Virus record (IMG/VR): IMGVR_UViG_3300005937_000011 | Span: 7,347-71,346 of that record | DNA: 64,000 nucleotides | From: a virus | Taxonomy: Duplodnaviria; Caudoviricetes | Reading direction: 5' to 3' (one strand) | In this document: in pieces, positions 54,530 through 63,686 of the stretch | Layout of the letters: every line of letters begins with the position of its first letter | Numbering within the stretch: the stretch's first letter is position 1 | Made by a program: the position numbers and the translations under genes | Notes under the pieces: model-generated | What the model was told of the DNA's origin: nothing | What the model saw: only the letters and a program-made list of their open reading frames with translations | The model's database searches: none

Positions 54530-54809
54530 ATTTGTTGATGATAGAAAATATGTGTGCTACTTCGTCTCTGTCATACTGCTTCTCTTGCTCTGTAAGGTGT
54601 TGATAAGGCGTATCTATTTGCTTTTGAAGCGCTTCGAGATAAGCAGCAGGAATGATGAGATCATGCTGATTGAACAGGATATTTGCAGTATTCCCACCTG
54701 GGTGCTCTACATAGCGTTTTTGCAGTTTGCCAAAGAAGTACGACATATACCGTGCCCACGATGCGTGTTCTTTGTTGGCGAGTTGTTCGATAAGTTCTTG
54801 TTCTGTCAT
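54501..54809 (-). CDS. Hypothetical phage protein
   Basis: HASWARYM..Y..LTEQEK.YDR pattern. Confidence 0.6.
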   Translation of the reverse strand: MTEQELIEQLANKEHASWARYMSYFFGKLQKRYVEHPGGNTANILFNQHDLIIPAAYLEALQKQIDTPYQHLTEQEKQYDRDEVAHIFSIINKYVEEKLKEQ

Positions 54810-54988
54810 GACTGTTTCTCCTCTTCAGGTACTCTATCTTCTTCGATAATTGCTATTGTTGATAGGATATATCCTGTCATTTTGTGCTGCTCACGTTCTG
54901 TCATGCCTCTCTTGGCCATGCTGATGAGTTGCTTGAGTGCGCTCTCTAGCTCGTCTATGGCTTACTGTTCTGGTGTAAGGTTGCTCAT
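54806..54988 (-). pseudogene. Small gene with an in-frame TAA at codon 9
   Basis: MSNLTPEQ*AIDELESALKQ...; good RBS; coupled at both ends. Confidence 0.6.
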
Positions 54989-55161
54989 GCTTGTTGCTCC
55001 TCTTGCATCTTTCTCAACTCTTGCTTTGTTTGCATGCGTGCCCTTCCTCTGAGATATGCACTCATATCCCGTTTCCACGTTTTGCTTCTTTTGATGCTGA
55101 TAACTTTCCGGCGTATATTCTCATCTCCGAGAGTAAAGCCAAATGCTCCATATGCTTTCAC
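54985..55161 (-). CDS. Small basic protein (58 aa, GTG start)
   Basis: Hand-translated; GGAG RBS. Confidence 0.55.
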   Translation of the reverse strand: MKAYGAFGFTLGDENIRRKVISIKRSKTWKRDMSAYLRGRARMQTKQELRKMQEEQQA

Positions 55162-55170
55162 AGAATGCTC

Positions 55171-55395
55171 CTAATCTTCTCCAAGCTTCAATTCGTACTT
55201 ATCGCGCAAATGGTGTCTCATCTTCGATACATTATCGAGAGTGTAAATGATGTCTTCTACCATAATAGCGTCTTTTGTATCGTTTATGATGACATTGCGC
55301 AAATTGTAGAGAGATGCGAGAAAACGTCCGTAGGCTATGCTTGTTTCGCGAAGGCGTGTTTTGAGTTCTTCGCGTTTGTAAGGTGGGATGGTCAT
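55171..55395 (-). CDS. Hypothetical protein
   Basis: Coupled. Confidence 0.55.
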   Translation of the reverse strand: MTIPPYKREELKTRLRETSIAYGRFLASLYNLRNVIINDTKDAIMVEDIIYTLDNVSKMRHHLRDKYELKLGED

Positions 55396-55532
55396 GCTTC
55401 TATGTCCTTCCTGAGCTTCTCAAAGCGTTTCTGTGCATCCTGTTCTTTCGCTGTCCATCGGTTATCCCAGCCCATTTTGTGTGGTTTGCACATTTTGCAG
55501 CTACGCTTCTTGTTCTTGAGTTGCTTTCTCAC
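55392..55532 (-). CDS. Small basic protein with CKMCKPHK motif (46 aa)
   Basis: Hand-translated; GAGGAG RBS; GTG start. Confidence 0.55.
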   Translation of the reverse strand: MRKQLKNKKRSCKMCKPHKMGWDNRWTAKEQDAQKRFEKLRKDIEA

Positions 55533-55702
55533 GTCTTTTGCTCCTCAGTAGCGGTTTCGCGATACTTAAGCTCACAGTCATCTTCATGATGATATTGGTG
55601 TATTCTGTTGTACCTTGCGTATAGATATGCAATACAGTTACGGATGATGAGATAGACAACACAGGCAATAAACACGTAAAGCTCTTGTGGGATGTTAATC
55701 AC
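55529..55702 (-). CDS. Small single-TM protein (57 aa)
   Basis: Hand-translated; GTGA coupling. Confidence 0.5.
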   Translation of the reverse strand: MINIPQELYVFIACVVYLIIRNCIAYLYARYNRIHQYHHEDDCELKYRETATEEQKT

Positions 55703-56082
55703 GCGGGCTCTACCTCCAATATTGCCTCTAGTGCCTCTGATGTTTGTGTGTCGCTCTCTGCTGTTTGAGTGGGTTCGTCATCTAGCCAGTGGGGATGCCA
55801 TTGGAAGTACTGCAGTGGAATGTCGTAAATCTTCATGAGAGCGTCGAGAGTGGGTGCTTCAAAGTCGAACTCATAGTCCCTGCCATTGGCACGGTAGACC
55901 TGATAGCGGCCCTCTGGTGACTTCTTGACGACGGTTCCGCGGTTGTACCAGGTGAAGACGCCGTGATCGATAAGCCATTGATACTCGATTAGGGTCCGTT
56001 TGCGGAGAAACATCCCGTCTGCGATAGGGAAGGTGACGAGGCCTAGGGCTTTGGCGTATGCGTTCATTTTGCTTCCCTCCAT
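55699..56082 (-). CDS. Hypothetical protein
   Basis: Coupled. Confidence 0.55.
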   Translation of the reverse strand: MEGSKMNAYAKALGLVTFPIADGMFLRKRTLIEYQWLIDHGVFTWYNRGTVVKKSPEGRYQVYRANGRDYEFDFEAPTLDALMKIYDIPLQYFQWHPHWLDDEPTQTAESDTQTSEALEAILEVEPA

Positions 56083-56648
56083 TGTAGGAGCTTGCCCTCT
56101 TTTTGAGCCTTTAGCTCGTCAACCTTGGCTTGTACTTCATCATCTGACAACTCTGCGAAATTTTCAGAGCCCTTTAGATATTTCTCTTGCGGTATGCCCT
56201 TTGCCTTGGATAATTCGAGATATTGCATGTGAAGTTCGACGCTTTTATCAGTCTGCTTCATATGCTTCATTTGTATTTCTTTGTGCGTCAAAGGATCTAT
56301 GCGACAACACGTTATATCTATCCCCTTGCATTCAATAATGGCTAGACGTGTCTCTCTTGGACAAAAGTGAGCCCATATATCTGGACTCCCAATACCGATC
56401 ATGTGCTGTAAGTGCTTACCACAGATGAACTCAGCAATAAATAGTCCATCTTTGTACTCTATGCCGATCGTAGGATCTGGCTGGTCCCATTGGTCTTGGT
56501 CATCCGGCTCTTTGGTATTGAGAGCAAAGAATGCTTTGTAGTTGCCAGTTGCTGGATAGGTAAAAAGGACACTAACATGGCTGTCTCCATAAAACTGCTT
56601 TGGTACTTGAGGATGGTTATAAGTGACCTTCAAAGTTGGCTTGTTCAT
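56064..56648 (-). CDS. Hypothetical protein
   Basis: Coupled. Confidence 0.55.
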   Translation of the reverse strand: MNKPTLKVTYNHPQVPKQFYGDSHVSVLFTYPATGNYKAFFALNTKEPDDQDQWDQPDPTIGIEYKDGLFIAEFICGKHLQHMIGIGSPDIWAHFCPRETRLAIIECKGIDITCCRIDPLTHKEIQMKHMKQTDKSVELHMQYLELSKAKGIPQEKYLKGSENFAELSDDEVQAKVDELKAQKEGKLLQWREAK

Positions 56649-57040
56649 GATTGTTTTCCTCTCCGTTTCTTGTCTTTCTTAAATTTCAATGGCAGCTCTA
56701 GCTGTCCGGCCTGTATCTTCTTATCGCGTTCTTTGCGATAATGTGTCTGTTTAGCTTTTCTAGCATGCTCAAAGACATCATGCTCTAGATGACAGGTTTG
56801 ACAGAGAATGATAAGCTTGGCTCTAGCGTTTTGAGGATCGTGATTGACATGGGCTGCGGACACCACCACCCGGTAGGGGCGTCCGCTCTTGCTCAACTTG
56901 GTTTCATCTTGCTTTACACCACATTTCTCACAGGTGTACTTGACGCGCTTCTTGCGATGACGAGCACGTTCAGCAAAGTTTGGGTGATACTCGTCTCGCT
57001 TCCAATTATTCCAGTTGCTAGGCATAGTTGTTTGCTCCAA
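56645..57040 (-). CDS. HNH-like nuclease
   Basis: CEKC...AAHVNHDPQN..LIILCQTCHLEHD. Confidence 0.75.
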   Translation of the reverse strand: MEQTTMPSNWNNWKRDEYHPNFAERARHRKKRVKYTCEKCGVKQDETKLSKSGRPYRVVVSAAHVNHDPQNARAKLIILCQTCHLEHDVFEHARKAKQTHYRKERDKKIQAGQLELPLKFKKDKKRRGKQS

Positions 57041-58265
57041 TGTAAGCTATAGGGGACTCAACAACTGGGGCAGCATCGACGAATTGACGGGTAAAGCTTT
57101 CTCTTAGACGTGCACATTCGTCGGCTAATCGTCTCAGGTCTTGTTCGGCTTGGGCAAGCGTATTCCAGTCTTCAGGGTCAAAGTATTGCTGTGCGTCATT
57201 GGGAGATATTGCCCTCACTGAGGCTTGGCTTGTTCTCATGCGGATTGCATCGCAATATTGGCTAAGCCTTAGCTTTACCTCTCCCTTGCGTTTCAATTGC
57301 GCGGCTAATTTAGTTGCTTCCTCATCTTGTTTCTCTTTTTGATCTAAAAGCTCCTGATTTTTCTCTAAGAGCCTGTCTCTCTGGCTTGTAATGTCTTTTA
57401 GGTTTTCTTCATTCTCATCCTGCTTCTTCTGGAGGCCTATTTGATCTTGCGCAAGTTTGGCTATGCTCTCTTTGAGGTCTTCGATCTCTTTCTCTGTTTC
57501 AGGAGGAACAACGAACTTCTCAACAGGCTCTGACTTCTTCTCAAGCTCCTCTTTTAGGCGTTCAAGCTCTGCATTATTGGCTTGCATCTTTTGCTCTATA
57601 ATAGTCTTGGCTTGTTCATGGATGAGAGCTTTATCCTCTAGAGACTCTATTTTAGTCTCCAGTGCCTTGATTTGGCTTTTAGCTTCTTCTCTTTCCTCTT
57701 CAAAGAGATTGAGCTTGCCTTGAAGTTCCTGGTTAGTCTCTTCGAGTTCTTCGATTTTCTTTTGAGCCTCTTTGATTGATTTGGGGGTTGCCTCTATTGT
57801 TCCATCGATGACTTGAGTTATGACAGTCTCGTTAGTAGAGGGTCGGGCTAGCTCTCTCCATACTTCCCAGGGATATGATTTCCCCGAAAATGCATTTTCG
57901 GGGAAATCATTGTGCAAAATTAGCTTTGCAACGTTCATGCAATCATAAGCTTTGTTTCTAGATATCCCTATCTCCGGTATGTCAGAAGTGGTAAAAGTAC
58001 CAACATTCTTATTTTTGTTTGCGTGGTCAGCTTGTAAGCTCAAAAGATCAATACCGATTTCTACCCTAATCTCGAAACGGCGTGATAAGATTTCATGATG
58101 CCTTCTCTCGTTGTCCTCTTGCTCCCTTTCAAGATCATTATCTTCTTGTACGCGTTGTTTGATTCTGGTTATCACTGCGTTTCGGTCAAAGACTGGCCGT
58201 ACAGCCTTTTCTCCAGTAACCTCTTCAAGATCAAAGAACCCTGTTTGCATCAATTCGTTACTCAT
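57018..58265 (-). CDS. DUF3102-like domain plus long coiled coil
   Basis: IRVEIGIDLL...AYDCMNVAK...RELARPST; long heptad region. Confidence 0.6.
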   Translation of the reverse strand: MSNELMQTGFFDLEEVTGEKAVRPVFDRNAVITRIKQRVQEDNDLEREQEDNERRHHEILSRRFEIRVEIGIDLLSLQADHANKNKNVGTFTTSDIPEIGISRNKAYDCMNVAKLILHNDFPENAFSGKSYPWEVWRELARPSTNETVITQVIDGTIEATPKSIKEAQKKIEELEETNQELQGKLNLFEEEREEAKSQIKALETKIESLEDKALIHEQAKTIIEQKMQANNAELERLKEELEKKSEPVEKFVVPPETEKEIEDLKESIAKLAQDQIGLQKKQDENEENLKDITSQRDRLLEKNQELLDQKEKQDEEATKLAAQLKRKGEVKLRLSQYCDAIRMRTSQASVRAISPNDAQQYFDPEDWNTLAQAEQDLRRLADECARLRESFTRQFVDAAPVVESPIAYIGANNYA

Positions 58266-59700
58266 TGCCTAAAAAACTCCTTCTTGCATCTTCAAGTGCC
58301 TTCTTGATGACATCGAATGTTAGGGGTTTCCCTGATTGAGTCCGCTCAATCACCTGCTCACTCGTTTGTTCAGGAGGTGTTGACGGAGCTGCTAGAGCTT
58401 TGATAGCTGAGTAGGATAATCCTTCAATGACCTGAGGATTATCACCGAACGCTTTAGCAATATTCATAGCATCATAGATGGCAGTCATTGCCATGTCCTC
58501 AGTTCCGGTCCTGAGTAGCTTCCGGAAATCTTCAGGGGGTAGCTGCTCCTTGGCCTTTAGGAAAAGTTGACCGAGCTCAATTGTTCTACCTATTTCCTCA
58601 CGTTTCACCTCTTCAGTCACCTCTTCAGTCCGGTTTTTGAGCAACCTGAAACGCTCTCCAGAGAGATACTTCTTGGCAAGGATTTCTTCGATGATTTCAG
58701 GAGTAGGCTTGGCTTTTTCATCGATAAGTTGCCAGAGCCCAAAGAGTCCGTTAACGATTTGTTGGCTGAGTTGAGCTAGTTCGGTCTTTCTTGCGGATGT
58801 AATCTTATCTAGAACAACCTTTCCGATAACTTCTTGAGCCTCACTTTGCATGATGAGCTTGTTGTCTTTGTCAAAGCTTAGCCCTCTGACAATATCAGGC
58901 AATTTTTCAGAAAGGCCATTGATGATATCCTTTGCAAGTTCCTCATCCTTTTCTTGTGGGGGAGACAGAAGGTCTGCAGAGGCATCAATGATAGAGCGAA
59001 TGAGTGCGACAATCTCATCACGCTTATAGTGCATACCGTAGTTGTAGGAGATAGCTAGCTTTATCTCAGGATCAGCAAACGCATCGTTTGCGTAGATTGC
59101 TTCCATAATGCGACGGCCAATAATGATCTCTGCAATGATCCTCAACTTCCTTTTCTGATCTGCTGTTTCGATATGTCTGTATTTTTCTCTAGATGAGATA
59201 ATCTTGTCGGTGTAGTCCATCGTTTCGGGATCATATTCCCTGGGGTACACTTCAGTGATAAAATGGATAAGTTGATCTATCAGGTTAGGAGCATCTGAGT
59301 TACGCTCTGCAGTATTTGAATACATAGCAGGCTTTTCATGCGCCTTAAACCCTTCTACTTTCCGTTTGATGTTGCCTTTTCTGTCTTTCTTGGGGTTGCC
59401 CTCTTTGTCAAGGACATCTGAGATAATTACTTCACCTCGGTAGCCAGCCCAAATAAGAAACTGCTCATAGACTGGCTCTTGATAGATCCTGTCAGCATGA
59501 ATAGTCTCTTCGTGATACTTCTTGTCCTTGTCCCACCAGTCTACATTAATACCAAGATCGGCCTTACTGATCTTGAGGCACCCTGTGAAGCTAACTCCAT
59601 AGGTTAAGGCATACCATAGCCATTGCTGCATAATTTCCTTGTTTATGCGGCTAGTCGCCTCTTCCTCTTGTTTTTGCAATTCTCTGATAGAAAGTGTCAT
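58258..59700 (-). CDS. Large protein with C-terminal DUF3102-like domain
   Basis: IELGQLFLKAKEQLP..DF...MNIAKAF...LSYSAIKALAAPST. Confidence 0.6.
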   Translation of the reverse strand: MTLSIRELQKQEEEATSRINKEIMQQWLWYALTYGVSFTGCLKISKADLGINVDWWDKDKKYHEETIHADRIYQEPVYEQFLIWAGYRGEVIISDVLDKEGNPKKDRKGNIKRKVEGFKAHEKPAMYSNTAERNSDAPNLIDQLIHFITEVYPREYDPETMDYTDKIISSREKYRHIETADQKRKLRIIAEIIIGRRIMEAIYANDAFADPEIKLAISYNYGMHYKRDEIVALIRSIIDASADLLSPPQEKDEELAKDIINGLSEKLPDIVRGLSFDKDNKLIMQSEAQEVIGKVVLDKITSARKTELAQLSQQIVNGLFGLWQLIDEKAKPTPEIIEEILAKKYLSGERFRLLKNRTEEVTEEVKREEIGRTIELGQLFLKAKEQLPPEDFRKLLRTGTEDMAMTAIYDAMNIAKAFGDNPQVIEGLSYSAIKALAAPSTPPEQTSEQVIERTQSGKPLTFDVIKKALEDARRSFLGNE

Positions 59701-59725
59701 GTTTAAATCTCTCTCCTTTTAATCG

Positions 59726-60325
59726 TTAATTACGGGGTGACGACTTGTCACCTTGTTGTATTTGCTCTATCACCTCATAGCTACTAGAGATGAACTCAGC
59801 ACTAAAACACTCAAATATCTCATCAGTGCACACCGTGAGATAATCACCCCACTGTTCAGCCCAAGGCTCGTCACGCACCTCACGCCAATACTTCCCCTCA
59901 TCACCTTCTAGCGCTTCGATAGCTGGGCTGAATAGCTCCGTACACTCGACATTTATCTGGGGTAGGAAGTCTGACATGAACGACTCAGGATGATATCCCA
60001 GCTTGCGCCCTATGCAGTCCACCATCATGTCCATCAGCTTGCCCTTATTCACCACCAAGAAGCTCTTGAGCAGTGCCATACTCATAGTCCCGCCGTTGTC
60101 ATAGCTCATGTTGGCAACAGGCCCAGAATCGCATCTCACGTCGAAATCGAATGACACTCTCACTCGTTGGTTGAGTAGTTCCTGCCCAGGCTCTTGCTCT
60201 CGTTTTTCCACCGGATACGCTATCTCAGCCATCGGAGTACCTACTACTTCCTCTCCAGTTAGCGCTCGTACAAGCTGTGTGAGGTCTAGAATCTCTGTCT
60301 GTCCTTCTGCTTTTCTTTCGTCCAT
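59726..60325 (-). CDS. Hypothetical acidic protein
   Basis: 199-aa ORF. Confidence 0.6.
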   Translation of the reverse strand: MDERKAEGQTEILDLTQLVRALTGEEVVGTPMAEIAYPVEKREQEPGQELLNQRVRVSFDFDVRCDSGPVANMSYDNGGTMSMALLKSFLVVNKGKLMDMMVDCIGRKLGYHPESFMSDFLPQINVECTELFSPAIEALEGDEGKYWREVRDEPWAEQWGDYLTVCTDEIFECFSAEFISSSYEVIEQIQQGDKSSPRN

Positions 60326-60522
60326 TAGTTTTTGCTATCCCTTTTTAGTCTTTCTAGCCGTATCAACATATTTGCACGTTTCATCTCAGTAGAATGTTGA
60401 GAACATAAATGCACAAATACAGGGCCTATAGGCGACATCACCACAACAATGTCTTTATCATCGCTGAGAGGATTGCAACAATCCTCTTTTGCACAGATAT
60501 TTTTCAAGTTTGCTCCTCTCAT
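60325..60522 (-). CDS. Small Cys/His protein
   Basis: CAKEDCC...HLCSQH. Confidence 0.55.
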   Translation of the reverse strand: MRGANLKNICAKEDCCNPLSDDKDIVVVMSPIGPVFVHLCSQHSTEMKRANMLIRLERLKRDSKN

Positions 60523-60728
60523 GATGCTTGTGCTACAAAGCCTTGTGGCTTCCTATGCTTTCTTGCTAGTATAAGCACTTCTTGCCGCTTTAGCATCGTT
60601 AGCGCCATCTGTTCTTGCCAAAATCTACCGTTTTGCGGATCGTCGTGTAGCTTCTGGCTTTGCGCTTCTAAAAGTTCGTTGAGTAGCTTTATGCAGTCCT
60701 CCCACGTTACCTTCCCGTCTTCTGACAT
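60519..60728 (-). CDS. Hypothetical protein
   Basis: Coupled. Confidence 0.55.
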   Translation of the reverse strand: MSEDGKVTWEDCIKLLNELLEAQSQKLHDDPQNGRFWQEQMALTMLKRQEVLILARKHRKPQGFVAQAS

Positions 60729-60875
60729 TCCTGCTCACGCCTCCAATTCCCAAATAGTAAGTACCCAGTCATCAAAAATATGTATGCCCAAAATGCGAAT
60801 ATACCTATTTTGAAGTACTCAGGCGGTATGAGCATGGTGTTAAAAATGATGGTAAATACGATGTTGTTTAGTAGT

Positions 60876-61223
60876 TCACTCATATTTTGCCTCTTTTGCT
60901 AGTTTTAGTAACTTTTGATATGTCGATTCTGGTAACACGCGCTCGCTAAGAACACGGACAAGCTCGGTCAGGAGGACGTTGTGCTGCATCATGGTTTTGA
61001 GCTTGGGTGGTACTTTACCTGCTGCACTCACGAGTTCGTTTCCGTCTACCTCCAGGACCTGGGCTATCCTGAGAATGGCTGCTTCGCTAGGTAGATGTAC
61101 AAGGCTTCCTGTCTCGATTTTGTTGAGGTAGGTAAAGTCTATTCCTGCGTGAAGCGCCAAGGCTCTTTGACTCAGGCCTCTTTCTTGCCGCAATTGCCGG
61201 ATATGTTGTCCAAATATGTTCAC
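60876..61223 (-). CDS. XRE-family HTH regulator (GTG start at 61223)
   Basis: FGQHIRQLRQERGLSQRALA..GIDFTYLNKIETG..PSE..ILRIAQVL. Confidence 0.9.
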   Translation of the reverse strand: MNIFGQHIRQLRQERGLSQRALALHAGIDFTYLNKIETGSLVHLPSEAAILRIAQVLEVDGNELVSAAGKVPPKLKTMMQHNVLLTELVRVLSERVLPESTYQKLLKLAKEAKYE

Positions 61224-61236
61224 GTGATTTTCCCTT

Positions 61237-61560
61237 CTAGTGTGCTGGATGCTTAATGGCTGTCTGTTCGGTGGCGTTGGACTGCTCTGTCTCGACTTCG
61301 ACAACTCCCTCCGCAACTTTGCCTTGTTGCGTCTGAGAAGCTCGTAGCAACCTTTGCTTTACCTCATCAATGGCTGCAATAGTCGAATCCGTCGTAGCAG
61401 CCTTAAACGCCTGCTGAGAGCCGAATGTGATGGTTGCTGTTTGGGAGCGTACGCCGAATTTTGTAGGTACTCGTAGTGCGACAATAAAGCGCGGTATCCA
61501 CGAGCTGAGCACATCGAGCTCTGCAGCCTGGGCCAGACTCTCGAATTCGTCTTGTGTCAT
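61237..61560 (-). CDS. Hypothetical protein (paralogue of 61557..61805)
   Basis: Shared EF..L...L...W..RF...L..T..G pattern. Confidence 0.6.
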   Translation of the reverse strand: MTQDEFESLAQAAELDVLSSWIPRFIVALRVPTKFGVRSQTATITFGSQQAFKAATTDSTIAAIDEVKQRLLRASQTQQGKVAEGVVEVETEQSNATEQTAIKHPAH

Positions 61561-61805
61561 GTGCTGAGTCTCAACTTTTCTGTGGCTGTTTTGACCAATC
61601 TCGCATGAATCGCTTCTATGTCCCGACTACAGGCCTCAGATGACCGCATGGCAAACTCAGCAGGTTGATACTCTACAATCTCTGATTCGATGTGCGTGCC
61701 ACGCCCTGTGTCGATGTGGAGCGTTATCACGAAGCGCGATCCCCAGTCACTGGCTATAACAAGTTTTTTCTCCTCAACGAGCTGTCTAAATTCTTCTGTT
61801 CGCAC
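61557..61805 (-). CDS. Hypothetical protein (paralogue of 61237..61560)
   Basis: Same shared pattern as its neighbour. Confidence 0.6.
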   Translation of the reverse strand: MRTEEFRQLVEEKKLVIASDWGSRFVITLHIDTGRGTHIESEIVEYQPAEFAMRSSEACSRDIEAIHARLVKTATEKLRLST

Positions 61806-61986
61806 TTTTCTTGCTCTCCTCCTCTTGTTCTATCTTTTCTTGAATTTCATCAAGCGTGTGTCTCAAGCCTCGAATGTCGTCCAAGAGCATGAGATCATCC
61901 CCTGGACAAGGATTGAGGTTGTGCTCGTCTATATGTCTGCTGAGCACGGCTGCTCTACTGCTGATAGATAGAGATAAATTGTTCAT
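61786..61986 (-). CDS. Hypothetical protein
   Basis: GGAG RBS before ATG 61986. Confidence 0.55.
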   Translation of the reverse strand: MNNLSLSISSRAAVLSRHIDEHNLNPCPGDDLMLLDDIRGLRHTLDEIQEKIEQEEESKKSANRRI

Positions 61987-61988
61987 TT

Positions 61989-62423
61989 TTATGTCTCCAG
62001 TCTCTTTTCCCACTTTCCAAGTGTCGTAGCCATGTTGAGATATTGCGCACATCTTGTCTTCTCACTGCGATAGTAGAAGTATGAGCACCTTTCGCAGTCG
62101 CGCTCGTGCTCTGCGAGATAGGCCCGCATGCGATCGACATGCTCAAGCCTCAAGTCGTCTTGCTGTGGAGGCTCCCCGGGTTTCGCTTCCAAGATGATTG
62201 GCTCAGGCTTCAGTTGCGGAGTTGGCACAACACCAATGGCTTTGCACCTATGCCATTTCTTGCTAAAGATCGGTACACCACAGAGTGGACAGGGCTGGTT
62301 CTCCTCGTGCTCGTTAGTAAAGGCGTAATCCACTGGCCTGCTGAAATCATAGCAATTGCAGTGAAATACCGGATAGCCTTGCGCGTCTTGTGTTATCTCT
62401 TTGTTACATCGATAGCAGTGCAT
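61989..62423 (-). CDS. Multi-CxxC Zn-binding protein
   Basis: CYRC, CPLC, CERC. Confidence 0.6.
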   Translation of the reverse strand: MHCYRCNKEITQDAQGYPVFHCNCYDFSRPVDYAFTNEHEENQPCPLCGVPIFSKKWHRCKAIGVVPTPQLKPEPIILEAKPGEPPQQDDLRLEHVDRMRAYLAEHERDCERCSYFYYRSEKTRCAQYLNMATTLGKWEKRLET

Positions 62424-62728
62424 CAGGCTACCGCCTCTTTCAGCTTCAGCAACGTAAGCTCAAAGTGCCCTGGCCTTGTCTCCTCGCAAGTAGCAAGTTC
62501 AGCGTTCTCCAGCTCGGCAATGATTGTGTGCTGGTTGATGGCAAAGGTGGTGCCAACAATTTCACGAATATGAGCAGCCACGTCGTCTTCGATGATAAGT
62601 GTTGAGCCACGGGCATAGCAGTGCTCATGATCGCAGATGCGCTCTTTGACGCACTCAAGGTGTTGTATGAGACGATAGTATGTCCTCAGCACCGTAGGTT
62701 TGGTGATGGTTTGTGTAAGAAATGACAT
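62423..62728 (-). CDS. Hypothetical protein
   Basis: GGAGG RBS. Confidence 0.6.
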   Translation of the reverse strand: MSFLTQTITKPTVLRTYYRLIQHLECVKERICDHEHCYARGSTLIIEDDVAAHIREIVGTTFAINQHTIIAELENAELATCEETRPGHFELTLLKLKEAVA

Positions 62729-62769
62729 AAACCCTCCATAGGTCCCGTATTTACAACGATATGGGCGCG

Positions 62770-63072
62770 TTATCCATCTAAAGTAATGACTTCAGTTTTT
62801 GTTGGTTTTAGCATGCTGGGGTTCAGAGCATCTGTGGTACGGGTGCTCTGTTTTGTTCCATAGCCCTGCTCTTGTGCATAGCGAACAAGAGCAGCATAAC
62901 CATGACATCCGGTCTTGATGGAGATATGGTTAGTGTGTGTGTTTAATGTTCTTTCTGCCATATTGAGCGTCTCATATATTTGTTTGCGAGAATATGCACG
63001 CCCAAGCAGATGAAGAATTTCCAATTCACGTGTGGTGAATTCTGGCAACCTTATTGATTGAATTGCTTCCAT
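62770..63072 (-). CDS. LuxR-family HTH regulator (DNA-binding domain only)
   Basis: FTTRELEILHLLGRAYSRKQI...MAERTLNTH...KTG....ALVRYA. Confidence 0.85.
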   Translation of the reverse strand: MEAIQSIRLPEFTTRELEILHLLGRAYSRKQIYETLNMAERTLNTHTNHISIKTGCHGYAALVRYAQEQGYGTKQSTRTTDALNPSMLKPTKTEVITLDG

Positions 63073-63176
63073 TGCATTACCTCTCTGTACGGTTTTGACT
63101 CTTTCAGGGAGCCGGAAGAAAGAGTCGGTAACAATTATTATGCCTAAGGAATCACTGCCTGTCTGTAATCCATTTG

Positions 63177-63210
63177 GACTAAGCTGTTTAGATTAGAAAA
63201 CAGCTTAGTC
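63177..63210. repeat. Perfect 13-8-13 bp inverted repeat (lox-like candidate recombination site)
   Basis: GACTAAGCTGTTT-AGATTAGA-AAACAGCTTAGTC; no U-tract on either side. The repeat is directly visible; its function is unproven. Confidence 0.8.
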
Positions 63211-63329
63211 ATACGGAGAAGCCAATTTCTACTATTTATGCGAGACACGATACACCATCCTATGCCCAAAAATTCATACAATTCATACCGCATTACATGC
63301 CAACATAGTAATGTACTGATGTGTAGGAA

Positions 63330-63358
63330 TTGACATATCTTTATATGCATCTTATACA
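63330..63358 (+). promoter_or_regulatory. Possible rightward promoter
   Basis: TTGACA-17bp-TATACA. Confidence 0.4.
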
Positions 63359-63686
63359 CCTCTAGAAGAGAGAATGATTCCTTGCTGAGAAAAAGTAAAA
63401 AAAACCAAGAACGTGTTGCCTGTTTGTGTAACCAGCGTGGATTGTGTGTCGCCTAGCGGCGTTAATGCAGCTTCATGGGTATTTACCACCTTGTTTGTGT
63501 TTTATGTGTTACCCATTATGTGTCTTTAAATAGAGCATCATGCCCGTAGCAGCCTATGTCTTCCTTGTTTGTGTTTTTGTGGCACCTTAGAGTATACATA
63601 ACAGATTCTAGAAATACCAGCTTTTTGGTGCTATCCTCGAAAAATAGAGCGTTTGACACTCAGAATTCATGCGCCCGAAGCTGCCA

